Shown: one piece after another, positions 13,341 through 25,067 of the stretch
Layout of the letters: each line of letters opens with the position of its first letter
Position numbering within the stretch: position 1 is the first letter of the stretch
Source: Vicugna vicugna
Taxonomy: Eukaryota
Direction: 5' to 3'
DNA: 64,000 bases
Assembly (NCBI GenBank): GCA_013265495.1
Contig: MU057416.1
Span: 1,606,545-1,670,544, forward strand
Translations under genes and position numbers: made by a program
Notes under the pieces: generated by a model
Database searches by the model: none
Seen by the model: the letters and a program-made list of their open reading frames with translations, nothing else
What the model was told of the DNA's origin: nothing

Positions 13341-13884
13341 GTAAGTTTGCCCAGTTACTTCAGTTTGCTGTCCAGAAGTGTAACTGTACAGTGGTGTGCT
13401 GTGTCTTGCTGGTATAGTCATTTCGTACAATTGTCGGGCACAAGTGGAGATTGGATTTTAAGGTATTTGATCGTAACGTAAGGTAGATTTTAAAAACCTG
13501 GCCCAAGTTTGGATTAGACGCGTTAAAAATAATTCGAAGTATAAGCTAGTCTGTCAGCCGTCACAGACCATCAGTGACTGGGGGGAAGAAGGCGTGGCCG
13601 GAGACCCACGCGGTCTTTCACGGCATTAGTGACAGTGAGGATGAATTGTAGGTGTGGGTACGTTTTAAAATAATCTTTTTGAAAGTCATTTCCTTCTGGC
13701 GAGAACTGTAGAGGACACTTTCTATGTAATAAAAAAAAGCAGCAGACTCTGTGTTCCTAAACTACATTCAGTTCTGGTTTGCTTGAAGAGTTGATCTTTC
13801 AGGATTAAATCTGGGGGTTGGACCACTTAACAAGTATTTTACACCCTCAGAAATAGAAATGCAACTTGAAAGTATACCATAAAA

Positions 13885-14087
13885 GGGGTCAGGGTACAGC
13901 TCAGTGGTAGAGTGTGTGCTCAGCATGCACGAGGTCCTGGGTTCAATCCCCAGTCCCTCCACTGAAAAGAGGTAAATAAATGAACCTAATTACGTCCCAC
14001 AGCTAAATTAATGAATAAATATTTTTTTAAATGCTGTATGCCAGAAACTGGCACAACACTGTAAACTGAGCATACTTCAATTGAAAA
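13885..14087 (+). mobile_element. tRNA-derived SINE (camelid-type, vic-1-like) joined to an L1 3' tail
   Basis: agctcagtggtagag A box, gggttcaatccc B box, aacctaattac motif; 15-bp TSD around the whole unit. Confidence 0.85.
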
Positions 14088-15414
14088 GAAAGGACACCAT
14101 AATGTTGAAAGATAGAAATTATGCCCCTTTCAAATTCCAGATTTCTCAGTTTGTAGAAGGAGCAGGGAATGCTTCCACGCAGGAGGTTTGTGAAGCACAC
14201 AGCATGTGCACGTGTAAGAGACTGGGACCTTCACAGACTGCAGATGAACTTCCTGGGAACTGCATGTGACTTCACCATTTAAAGTCAGTTTCCCTGATAC
14301 GTCTTCTAGGATAAAATCTTCAGGAACGTGTTTTGGCATCAACTTAACAGATCTCTGGTTGTCTGGCCTGACCACAGGCACTGCGGCCGCAGGCTGCCGG
14401 GGCCGGGGTGTGTCCGTGCCCGCAGAGCAGCGCTCTTGGCAGAGCAGCTGGAACACGTCACACTGCTCTGTGCTTTGTTCCGTGAGCCTTCCCGCGAAGC
14501 TCGGTCCAGCTCAGACTGTAGGCCGAAAACAGGCTGGTCCTGGAGATCTGGGGAATCTGGCACCTGGCCCAGCCAGGTTAGAGGATTTCCAAGGCGCAGA
14601 CTGTTTTGTTTCCAGCTGGACGAGGAGAGGCGGGTGAGGGTCTGGAAGCGTGCTTCCCGGACACAGGGAAGTAGCTCAAGGCCGGGAGAGGCACCTGCTT
14701 GATTCCTTTCTTCCCTCTCCCTTCCCCTCCCTCTTCTCTCCACCTTTTTCATGGCTGATTTTTAAACTGATTGTAGCAAAATGAGGACGTGTTCTAGGGA
14801 TTATGTAAAAATCAGTACTCAATTAAAGAATTATGTAGTGCATATATATGATTTTTTCTGAATTTGGGTACTCCATGAGTTTGGAACATGCCACTGAACA
14901 CAGATGTCTAGTCTGCACGGATCGATAAGAACAAGCCCCTCTGGGGTCTGCAAGAGAAAAACGCTCCGTGAATCTGTTCTTGAGGAGCCGTGAGAGGGAG
15001 GGAGGGATAAACATCTCCTTCATTGCCGCGTGCACTTGCTGAGGGACAGCACTTAAAGGAACTCTGACTTTACCACCAAGTAGTAAATCTTCTCTCTCAG
15101 TAAATTATTTTCCTATTTTTATTCTCACAAAAGTATTATATTTCATAATTTTATTTTAATTATGAAATAGATGACCAGTTTAGATGGAGTTAGAAGAAAA
15201 GCTAGTTTTGATTACCTTTTTTTAAACCCTCTATTTAAATATCAGTAACCACTGTAACGTAAATGTAGCTGATAAAATTCTTCAGCGTGCACTTCATTGA
15301 GTCTTTAGCATTGTTTTTCCTGGCTTCTGGAGCGCGGACAGCTGGTGACAGCTGCCCTCTGAGTGCCCCGCTGTGCAGAGCACTTTCTGTCCCGCCTCCT
15401 CTTCACCCCTCCAG

Positions 15415-15560
15415 TGGTCCTGGGAAGTAGGGGCTGTCGTCTCCTGCTTCACAGATGGGGAAACTGAGGAGTGAGAGTTTAAGTGAGTTGTCCAAGATTG
15501 CAGAGCTAAGAGGTGCAGAACCGGGATCGGAACCCAGGTGCCCTGACTGAAGAGCTGAAG
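15415..15560. mobile_element. MIR SINE remnant
   Basis: ttcacagatggggaaactgagg...tttaagtgagttgtccaag...gaacccagg. Confidence 0.7.
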
Positions 15561-16250
15561 GTGTATAGCAGGTCTCACTTTCAGAGCTCTGTCTTAGGTT
15601 TGTGTCCGGTCAGGCCAGCCAGCCTGTAAAAGCAAAGGTTCCTTCTGTTCCTCTGAGAGGGAGCGGAAGCCCTGACACTCGCTCTGTTGCTGGTTAATGG
15701 AGCCTCAACTGGGAGGGTCTTCCCAGAGTTTTTACACTCAATTTTTATTTTCTTAATATTCAAATGACAACCGCCTTCGTGGTATTTTCCCGATTCTCAG
15801 AGTGACGGTCGTGTTCTCCTCCTGCTCCCGCCTTGGTGACCCTGCTGGTTCTTGGGGCCGGAGGAGCGGCCTTGCCCTCCCACCCGAGAGCTCACAGTCC
15901 AAATTACACGGATTTTATCATCCACTGAAGAGCGGACTGGCCATTGGGATACAGAGTGTTCAGAATCTGTTTTGTGACGCTTTTATATTTAAGTGTTTAG
16001 GCTAAATGAATTTACATAAATGAGCAGTGTAACGTTGTCCTAAGTGCTTAGCTCCAGAGCCCTGGTGTGGTTGCTGCATGCTTAGCTTTGGTCACGTGAG
16101 CTCTGGTACCGTTCAGAGAAGAAGGACGGTGGTGAGTAGTTCTCCCTTCTCTTGACTTGTATTTTATTACCGATACAGTAGAGTCTACAATACTGGTTTT
16201 TGCTGTATGTTGTTTGGTGCTTGTTCATTTTCCTCTTTTTTCTATCACAG

Positions 16251-16392
16251 GCTCGTTATAGGAAAGAGCAAACATTGCTGAAGCAGCTGCCTTGCATTCC
16301 ACTGGTAGAAAATTTGTTGAAAGATGGTACCGACGGCTGTGCGTTAGCGGCCCTGATCCATTTTTACTGTCCTGGTGTCGTCAGATTGGAAG
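16251..16392 (+). CDS. CAMSAP2: CAMSAP2 coding exon, CH domain (ARYRKEQ...DGCALAALIHFYCP...LE)
   Basis: tcacag acceptor and G|gtgagt donor; CAMSAP CH-domain motif. Confidence 0.96.
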
Positions 16393-16681
16393 GTGAGTCT
16401 TCCGCTGAAATTCCAAGCCATGGGCGGGAACAAACACTTGAGACAATACGTACAGGTAATGAGGCTTCTCTGAAAAGGACACGTGTGTGTGACTCTGAGG
16501 AGGACAGCTGAGTAAAATGGTGCTTGGTTTCTAGGTCTGTCTGTGGAATGACCACTGTATTTATACGTGAGTGTGTTAAAGAGATTCTTTGCAGTTGTAT
16601 ATTTGTATTAAGTTACTAATTACAAAATGGATACAAAATGCGTATTATCAAAATCAACCCTCGCTCTTTTCCTATTTGCAG

Positions 16682-16821
16682 ACATTTGTCTGAAAGAAAC
16701 CATGTCTTTGGCTGATAGCCTGTACAACCTGCAGCTGATTCAAGAGTTTTGCCAAGAATACCTGAACCAGTGTTGCCATTTCACCCTGGAAGATATGCTG
16801 TATGCGGCTTCCTCCATAAAG
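16682..16821 (+). CDS. CAMSAP2: CAMSAP2 coding exon, CH domain (DICLKETMSLADSLYNL...SSIK)
   Basis: tttgcag acceptor and AAG|gtgagg donor; phase fits the previous exon. Confidence 0.96.
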
Positions 16822-18569
16822 GTGAGGTAAATCGCCCTTTGCCCTTTGCCCTGCGCATCTAGGTACATGAGCAGTCCAGCCGCGTGAAGCTCGCAAACAA
16901 GCTATGATTTCAGTCAAAGCAGCTTTTGAAAAAATAGTTTTTGTTTGAGTTTTCTGCTGATTTTATGTTTTGGGATTTTTTTAAATACACTGTTAGCTGC
17001 AGGTTTCTTTTTCAGTACAGAGCCATGTCATCAACCCTGCTTGCGCCCCGGCTTCAGGGCACCACACTCATGCATGTGAGGGCGACATGCTGGTGAACCT
17101 GGTCGGGGGTGGGTGGCGGTGCCGGCCTCGGGAGGCCTGCCAGGGGCCCTCGGGGTGATGCTGGCACCTTGTGGGTCTCAACTCCTGCTCTCCGGTGCCC
17201 CTGTTTCCCTCGCCCGGTTCTTCTTCACCACGACGTAAAGACAGAGCCAGCAGTGAAGGCGTTTCCAAACAAGCCACCGCTCCTGTTGTCCGAAGCAGTG
17301 CCCCCTCCCCACTGTCTGACACATCAGAAGACAAACCTTGATTAATTCTGACTGTCTCCATTCTGACATTTGTATCGAAATGGAAGTTAGGAAATACTTC
17401 CATGTATACCTGGTTAATGGCTTTTCAGGCACTTGCTTGTTAAAAAATTTAAATGCTACTTTTGTGATCTCAAAGGAAAAAATCATCTCGTTAAATATAT
17501 TGAGTTGTAAAATCAGTTACGTTTGTTTAAGTTGTATATCTTGGACTTCCAGTAAATACTACGTAGCCTTGATGTTTAGATCAGCATAGTCCGGGCGTGA
17601 TCCAGATACAAAGACGTTTTCTTCATTCAGGCATTTTTAAAATAGATAACTGTCTGCAGAGAAGACTTTGGTCACTTTCTATATTCTTTGCTGAATTATA
17701 AGAACCACAGCTTTGATTTCAGTGGAGTATTTTAAGACTCCAAGCCTCCAAGAGGTTGCTCAGTGCATGACGTTGGGCACCTTGCTGTCGCTTTGTTAAC
17801 TAACAACAGGTGTTCGTGGCGATGTTGGGAGCGAGCTCTCTCTGCCCTCTTGGTGGAAGTGTAAACCGGTGTGGTCTTTTAGAGGGCAGTTTGGCGTTAT
17901 CTGAACAGATCTAAAGGACAAGCAGGGTGGATGAAGACTGTTCATGGTGGCGAATAGCTGGAAGCAATTCATCTTGTAGGGACACAATTAAAATGTCTTG
18001 TAATATAGTATAGCTGTTTCTAGGAAGGAGGCAGACGTATTTCACTGATGCAGAAAGCTCTCCAAGACATTGCTGAGTAAAGCAGCAGACAGCAAACAGT
18101 GTACATAGCATGGTGTCCTTTGCATTTGCTTAAAAAATCCTTTCTCTATTTGTTTGCAAATCTGTACACATACATAGATGCATGAGGAAAGGTCTATGGA
18201 AAGAAAACACGAAACTGCTAACAGTGGCTTCTTCTGAGTGTGATACTGGGATCTGGGCAGAGGTGTTAACGTTTGCTCTTATTTTTCAGTCTTTATTTGT
18301 GTTGGTTAGCATTGTTCACATTGCTTGAGAAAGTTCATATACAGCTGCCTGCCTTAACTAAGAGCAGGAAAGAGAAGCTTTTAGTGAAATTAATTTGCTA
18401 TCATTCCTGGAAAATGGCGGCAGATTTATAGCTGTTTAATCATCGTAAATTCAGAAAGAAATTATCTTCATAAGCTTTGACTACTGGGAAAATGATTTCT
18501 TACTGACATCTTGTGGCCAAACACAGTAATGTTTTAGGACAGTCACCTTACCAGAGTGCTTACAGTACA

Positions 18570-19400
18570 TTTTTCCCAGCTTTACTGAGATGTAATCGAC
18601 ATGTGACATTGTGTAACTTTCAGGTGTGCAGTGTGTTGATTTAACTTACATATTGCAGAGCAGTTACCACCACGGTGTTGGCTAAAACCTCGATCACATT
18701 GCGTAATTACCGTTTCTTTGTTGTGAACGTTTAAGGCCTACTCTTAGGAGCTCAGATATATGATACAGTGTCATTAACCACAGTCATTAGCTCCCTTGAG
18801 CCTGGTCATTTTAGAACTGGAAGTTCGTACCCTTTGAGTAACACTCCCTATTTCTCCTGCACACCGCCCCCCCCCCCAGTCCCTGGTAACCACCACTGTG
18901 CTCTCTGTTTCTGTGAGCTTGGCTTTTTTAGGTTCACATACAGGTGACACCATACAGTGTTTGTCTTTCTCTGTCTGACTTAGTTCACGTAGCGTAATAC
19001 CTTCAAGGTCCAGCCACGTGGTTTCAAATGGAGGGATTTCTTTGTATACATACACACCGTGTCTTCATCCAGTCACCTGCTGGTTGACGGGCTGTTCCGC
19101 ATGTCCTGGCGACGGTGAACAATGCTGCAGTGAACGCGGGAGTGTAGATACCTCTTTGAGATCCTGTTTTCATTTTCTTTGGACGTGTACCAGAAGAGGC
19201 ATTGCTGGGTCTAATGTGGTTCTATTACTAACTTTTTGTGGAACCTCCAAACTGTTTTCCACAGTGGCTATACCACTTTACATCCCCACTAGCAGTGCAC
19301 AAAGGTCCCCTTTTCTCTTTTTTGTCTTCTTGTTGACAGCCGTGCTGGCAGGTGTGAAGTGATAGATTGTGTTTCTGATCTGCACTTCCCTGACGATAAG
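18570..19400 (-). mobile_element. LINE-1 3' fragment
   Basis: minus-strand peptide FETTWLDLEGITLRELSQTEKDKHCM (ORF2 C-terminus) plus L1 3' UTR. Confidence 0.88.
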
Positions 19401-19699
19401 TGATGTCCAGCACCAAGGTCCTTAAAATATTGACTAATTTTCTGTCAACAGACAATTATCGAGCACTTAAACAGTGTCCTCCCAAAAGACATACACAGCT
19501 TCCTGTTAACTGTGCTAGTAGAGTGCCGCCTAGCCCGTACTTCGTAGTTTTATACTTCGGCTTTAGAAAGTATAGTGCAGAGATAAGCATACAGAGAAAG
19601 CACGGGTCACAGTCGTCTTCTCACCCAGAGATCCTCCCTAGCAGTGTTTGATGTTTTGCCAGTCACTAGTCTTTCACATTGTAGGTTTATTCCTTCATT

Positions 19700-20690
19700 A
19701 TTCATCGTTCAGTAAATGGTCATTGGGCGTCTGCTTTGTGCCAGGCCCTGCTTTAAACACTGAAGATGCAGTGGTGAGCACAGCTTGTCCTTCCAGACCA
19801 CAGAGTGGGGAATGTGGTACCAGATGAAGCTGGGGAAAGTAAAAAGGACCCCATCATGTATCCTCGGGTAACCTGTAGTCGGTTCCCAAGAACAGGGGCA
19901 GGCGGGGGGAGGCAGGTTGCAGTGTGGAAATTTTGTTTGGCTGAAACAAAATGAGAGTAATTGTGATGAAGATGGGAGAGAAGTGGGTAGATTCCCGAGA
20001 TGTTTTGGGTGTGAGGTCTGCAGGCCCCGATGTGAATCGGATCTGGGAAAGGAGTGAGGAGGAGGCCCACGGGGGACCCTGCGGTTTCTGGTCTGCATGC
20101 TGGGATGGTGGTTGCTGTTCCGTGCGACAAGACTGAATAAGGTTGGGTCTGTGGGAAGGTTACTGCTCAGTCCCGGACAGCCGAGGTGCCTCTGAGACAT
20201 GCAGGAGGGATGCTCTGTCGGCCGCCTCCCGTGCGAGCACCGTCAGCACGTTGGGAGTCGTGTGGCAGCTGCTGAGCACGGGCGACAGCTCTCGCAGGGG
20301 GCAGGCCAGGAGTATCAAGAAAACGACTGAAACCTGCTTGACGTAGTGACAGTCGCTGGCGACGTGAGCAAGTGCTGTTCTAGGGGAAGGGCGCCCGAAT
20401 GCCAGGTTGGAGTGGGTTGGAGTGGCGACGGCCAGGGTGGAGGTCAATAGAGACGTTTGCAGAGGCACAGGAAGATGGGGCGAGCGGGGGGACGGTGAAC
20501 CGTGGAGTGCAGGCCTGGTTTTGCTTTTAGTAGGAGAGAGGTGAGTGTGTGCAGAAGCCAAGTAGGAAGGGTTCAGCTGAGGGGAAGAGTAAGTGTCTGG
20601 GAGAAGGAGATGGAATAAGAATGTGAGGTTCCTGCGAGGCCAGCAGGGCCGAGATCCAGCTCCCAGCACGGCTTCAGGGACTATAAACAT
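19700..20690. mobile_element. L2 LINE remnant
   Basis: ttcattattcatcgttcagtaaat...tgtgccaggccctg terminus followed by degenerate purine-rich L2-like body. Confidence 0.55.
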
Positions 20691-21679
20691 TCTTCATTTC
20701 TTTCTTTAGAAAATCACAAATTTTAATGACTGTTTAAAATGGTATGCATTTGTATACAAGTGTTTGAATATTCTGAGAAGTTATCGTTAAAAGCGAACGC
20801 TGAAAAGTAGGAAACCTGCCAAGTTCTGTTCACCGCTGTCTCATCCTCGGTCGCCCTCCAGACTCTTAGCTCCACCCGCCCGGGCAGGCCCCCTTAAGTG
20901 TCTGCTCAGCCTCTCAAAGCCAGTAACTCACGATTCCTTTCACAGCTCTTTCCCCATCTTCCCACTTCATTAAATGGCACTGTCCATTGCTGGAGAAAAC
21001 CTGAGCCCCCTTTGATTCTGCTCTGCCCCTCACTCCTGCACACACGGTAGCCTTCACCTTCCAGAGCGGCCAGGGGAGAGATGTGTATTGTAAGTCACCG
21101 GCTCAGTACACAGGAGAGAACAGAGAGGATGAGGAGCCCCGAGACCGTCTCTGGGCCCTGAGGGCCGTTGATAATCAGCCAGGAGGAGGTGGGCGCGGCG
21201 TGGGGACACTCACGTTTCCAGGGGTGGTTTTGCAAACTGAAATTTCGTATGAAATAAGACCTTACTCATCAGATATTAGTCAATTTAACAGCAACAATTG
21301 TGTTAGATGCCAAATACCCAGAAGTTAAAAGGTGTGGTGTTGTTTTCAAATATTATATAAACAAATTTTGTTGTAGTGCTGTTTTTTAGAACTTACCAAA
21401 TACCTACAATTAAAATAACTTTTCATGTTTATAGCATTTATAATGTATGCACTTTAAAATATAAGCCTGTGGTAGAAAAGTGGGTCCTGAAGACCCACTT
21501 ACACCTTTCTCTTAATTTTAAGCCATTTAAAAAACTATTCACATTTTCAGATATAAATAACAAATGGCAAATGACATGGTTGACTTATCCTTATTAATAA
21601 TTTTTAAAAACTAGGTGGGTATATCAAACTGTGCTAACAGTGTCTTTGTACATTTCAAAATTAAGAATTAGCCATAACA

Positions 21680-21731
21680 TATTGACACATTGTAAACTGA
21701 CTATAACTCAATAAAATTAAAAAAAAAAAAA
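21680..21731 (+). mobile_element. Extremely 5'-truncated L1 insertion (about 50 bp)
   Basis: attgacacattgtaaactgactataactcAATAAA plus poly(A); 17-bp TSD aagaattagcca(t/c)aaca at 21663-21679 and 21732-21748. Confidence 0.88.
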
Positions 21732-22225
21732 AAGAATTAGCCACAACAGTCTAGAGTTTTGTGTTATTTATTTAGCACCTGGATTACTCTTGACTTTAGT
21801 ATTACCAAGCACATAGATATAATGTTTTTAAACTAGGCACCTGATTACGCTTTGGAGAAATTTCTTATGAATCTGGAAAGAACCTAATCATTCTGTCTAA
21901 GTTGTGTGTGTTGACTTTGGAAGAGGAACGGCTTGCACACTGTCTCCATGTTCCACACAGTCCGAGGTGTTAACGCCTGACGGATAAACGGAAACTGTAA
22001 TAAACCAGGAAAGAGATTTTGAATGGTTGTTGTAAGTTCTACCTACAAGCACTAATTTTCTGTCCTAGATTTAATACCGTATGGTAGATAGACTCTAGTG
22101 AAGTGTGAATGATATTTAAAGCTGCGTTTAATTTGCGAGGTAAAACAGAAGAAAATTCCATTTCTCATTACTGTTTGGTCAAGTTCTACCTAATTTTTCT
22201 CTGAATTTTCTGAACTCTCTCCTAG

Positions 22226-22319
22226 AGCAATTACTTGGTGTTCATGGCGGAACTCTTCTGGTGGTTCGAGGTTGTGAAGCCCTCGTTCGTTCAGCCCCGC
22301 GATGTTCGTGCACAAGGAG
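22226..22319 (+). CDS. CAMSAP2: CAMSAP2 coding exon, end of CH domain (SNYLVFMAELFWWFEVVKPSFVQPRDVRAQG)
   Basis: ctcctag acceptor and GAG|gtgatg donor; translated by hand (not in the ORF track). Confidence 0.94.
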
Positions 22320-23958
22320 GTGATGGATCTTTGCAGTTTTGAGTGTCCTGTAAACAGTCAGAGTGGAAAGTTTATGTGGCCTCACCTGCTTGTTTTTGTA
22401 GAGGGAAGCCTGTTGCTGTTTCATGTTGCACCTGTTGGCCTTGATAAAGTCTGAGTATTTTAGTATTTAAAGCCATCAAATTCTCTGGGAGAGAGAGATG
22501 CTGTGGGGGGAAGGAAGTGGTGAGAACAGCCCTGAGTCGGAAGACTTGTGTTGTGGAACTTTTAGCTCTGACTGTTTGCCTACTCTCTTTTCTTAGCATT
22601 TTTTACCCTCATCCCTGGCCTTTGTTCTTAGATTCCAAGTTTTTAATATTGTTACCCAGAGTCCACTCAGATTATGGCTTGGCATGTGTACTTTGAATTT
22701 GCCATTAAGCCATGAAAAAGTTTGTATGTATATATATTTTTTTAACATAGTAGGTTTTGTGATTATTACAGTATCATGATCTGTTGATTGCACGTAACAA
22801 GAACACTAGTAAGAAATAAAGGGGTGAGTTACTGTAAAGATCTCTAGAAATAAAGAATAGGAAAGTCTTCCTGCGTTTTCTCTCAAAGCAGATTTTCCAT
22901 TGGCTTCCATTATAAACCAGGGGTGTGTTTCTATACGGGAAAACGGTCCCACGTTACAAGTTTAGCCCCTGAAGAACTTTCTTCAGCGTGACTCGGCTCT
23001 TCCTGCCGTCAGTGTCCCCCCGACGCAAAATGTGGCTACTGTGCATCCTAACGAGTTGGCTGCTCCCTCATTTCTCCCCGCGCCCACCTCCCCTCGGAAA
23101 CACCGAGGAAGAGGATGAGATCGGGAAGGAGGGGGAGATCCGCGGTTGGGTGAGGGGGGCGTGTCGCTCTAGTGAGCGGAGTGAGGTTACTGCAGTCAGC
23201 CCGCCGCACCTCAGGCCGGATTCTGTAAAACACGCAGGGTTTGATCTGGTCTGTCTCCAAGCTGCTTAAGGAGGAGGCTGCATAGCAGTCATGATGTCAC
23301 AAGGAATAGCTGTCAAGAAGTTGGGGTCCTTCCCCACGGCCATTGATGGTTACTAGCAGTTGTAACCGATATTTGTACAACTTTTTACTATTAACATAGA
23401 ATTTTCATATACATTGCTTTCTACGATCTCATCTATGAAGCCACTATTCAGAATGTTCAACAGCTGTTACATTAGGCCTCAAAGGCAAAAAATAAATTGA
23501 GTCTTCCACCAGAGTTGTTTACAAAAATGTAGACTGTGCCAGTAGGCTTAATTATTAACCAGTGAAATTCTGTTTCTTTCTTTGATTGATTACCAAAATG
23601 CCAGCTGTTTCATAAAGAAGCAAAAATGACTATATGTAACTGAAGTTCTGCGAAAGCTTTAGCAAAATTAGACATTTATTTTTATTTTAAATTCTGTACT
23701 TATTTTATGTTAAGCCTCCCCCACCAGTAGCTTTAATCAAGTGAGTATTTTAAGCAAGAGCACTTCAAGAGGAGATTAAGGAAAGTTTGTCCTTTTGAAA
23801 ATTATTTTAAAAGAAAACTTTAAATATGCTAAGAATTCTCTGTAAGTAATAAGAGAAATTGAGAATAAACTTAAACATTTATTTGTGGTGCAGAGTCCTT
23901 GAAATAATGTTGGAAACATGCTAAATGCGTAATTCTGAGATTCTGTCTTTCATTGTAG

Positions 23959-24043
23959 CTGAGCCTGTGGACGATCCGCCTTCAGTTCCCGTCTTTAATG
24001 CTGCCCAGAGACACGCCCTGGACAGCCCTGATCTCAGTCCAGG
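23959..24043 (+). CDS. CAMSAP2: CAMSAP2 coding exon (AEPVDDPPSVPVFNAAQRHALDSPDLSP)
   Basis: cattgtag acceptor and AGG|gtaggt donor; phase 1-2 fits both neighbours. Confidence 0.88.
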
Positions 24044-24114
24044 GTAGGTTCCAGAGTGACTGCACGTTCCCTGTTTTTACCCATTCACTAATAAAGTCAA
24101 AATAAAATTTTATA

Positions 24115-24269
24115 GGGTGAGGAGGGTGTAGCTCAGTGGTAGAGCGTGTGCTTAGCATGCACAAGGTCCTGGGTTCAATCTCCAGTACCTCCATTTTTTA
24201 AAAATTGTTTTTAATAGAGAAACCTAATTACCTCCCCACCTCACTCCCACCCCCCAAAAAACCCCAGAG
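24115..24269 (+). mobile_element. tRNA-derived SINE (camelid-type)
   Basis: gtagctcagtggtagagcgtgtgcttagcatgcacaaggtcctgggttcaatc; TSD ataaaatttt. Confidence 0.9.
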
Positions 24270-24930
24270 ATAAAATTTTGTTGCATTAGAATTTTTAAAT
24301 TTTCAGTTGAACTTTGAACTAAATCAGTTTCCATTAGCCTACCCTATTAAAGTCTATTTTAACATCAGTGTAATTGAAATGCACACTGAGAAGTGGAGGA
24401 ATATATTCTAAGGTCCAAATAACTGGCCTAAAACCAAACTTTTGCTGCATAACTTGTTTATAATTGGGATTATATGCTGCTTAAGTCATAGGTAACTCTT
24501 AGGCCTTGGGAAATTTTTAAATTCTACTTGGGTTTTTTAATTTTTTAAAAACAATTTTTTAATCTTTGAGGCAGTTTTTCCTACTGTTTGTTTGCTGGTT
24601 ACTTTGGCTATTAAGAGGTCACAATGGAATATTTATTGTAATATTGAATCTTTATCCAGTGCTTTAGTTCTTAGTCTCAGAAAGTGAATTGAAAGCAAAG
24701 TAAACATTTAATATCAGGATAATCCTGACTTCTGACCCAAATATGATAGAGACATTAATTTGTTTAAAAATGCTTTTCAGCAGATCCTGTAAGCAGCTTT
24801 TAATGTGTATTTCTTAGAACCTGAAATGTATATTGACTTTGGACTCAATAATTTATGATTTTTTTTAAGTTTAGAACTGATGTATTCTGTGGGATTTTTT
24901 AGAAATTCAAGCAAATCTATTAAAAATATT

Positions 24931-25067
24931 GGGGGAGGGTGTATTATAGCTCAGTGGTAGAGCGCATGCCTAGCATGCACGAGGTCCTGGGTTCAATCCC
25001 CAGTACCCCCACTAAAAAAATAAAATAAAATGAATAAACCTAATTACCTCCGCCTCACCAAAAAGAA
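24931..25067 (+). mobile_element. tRNA-derived SINE (camelid-type)
   Basis: intact A and B boxes; perfect 16-bp TSD aaatctattaaaaata (24913-24928 and 25068-25083). Confidence 0.92.

Noticed and set aside
13885..13960. tRNA-Ala-like genes here and at 24.1, 24.9, 44.5 and 57.8 kb
   Set aside because: Dispersed, diverged copies with a shared non-tRNA tail, A-rich ends and TSDs: these are SINEs, not tRNA genes.
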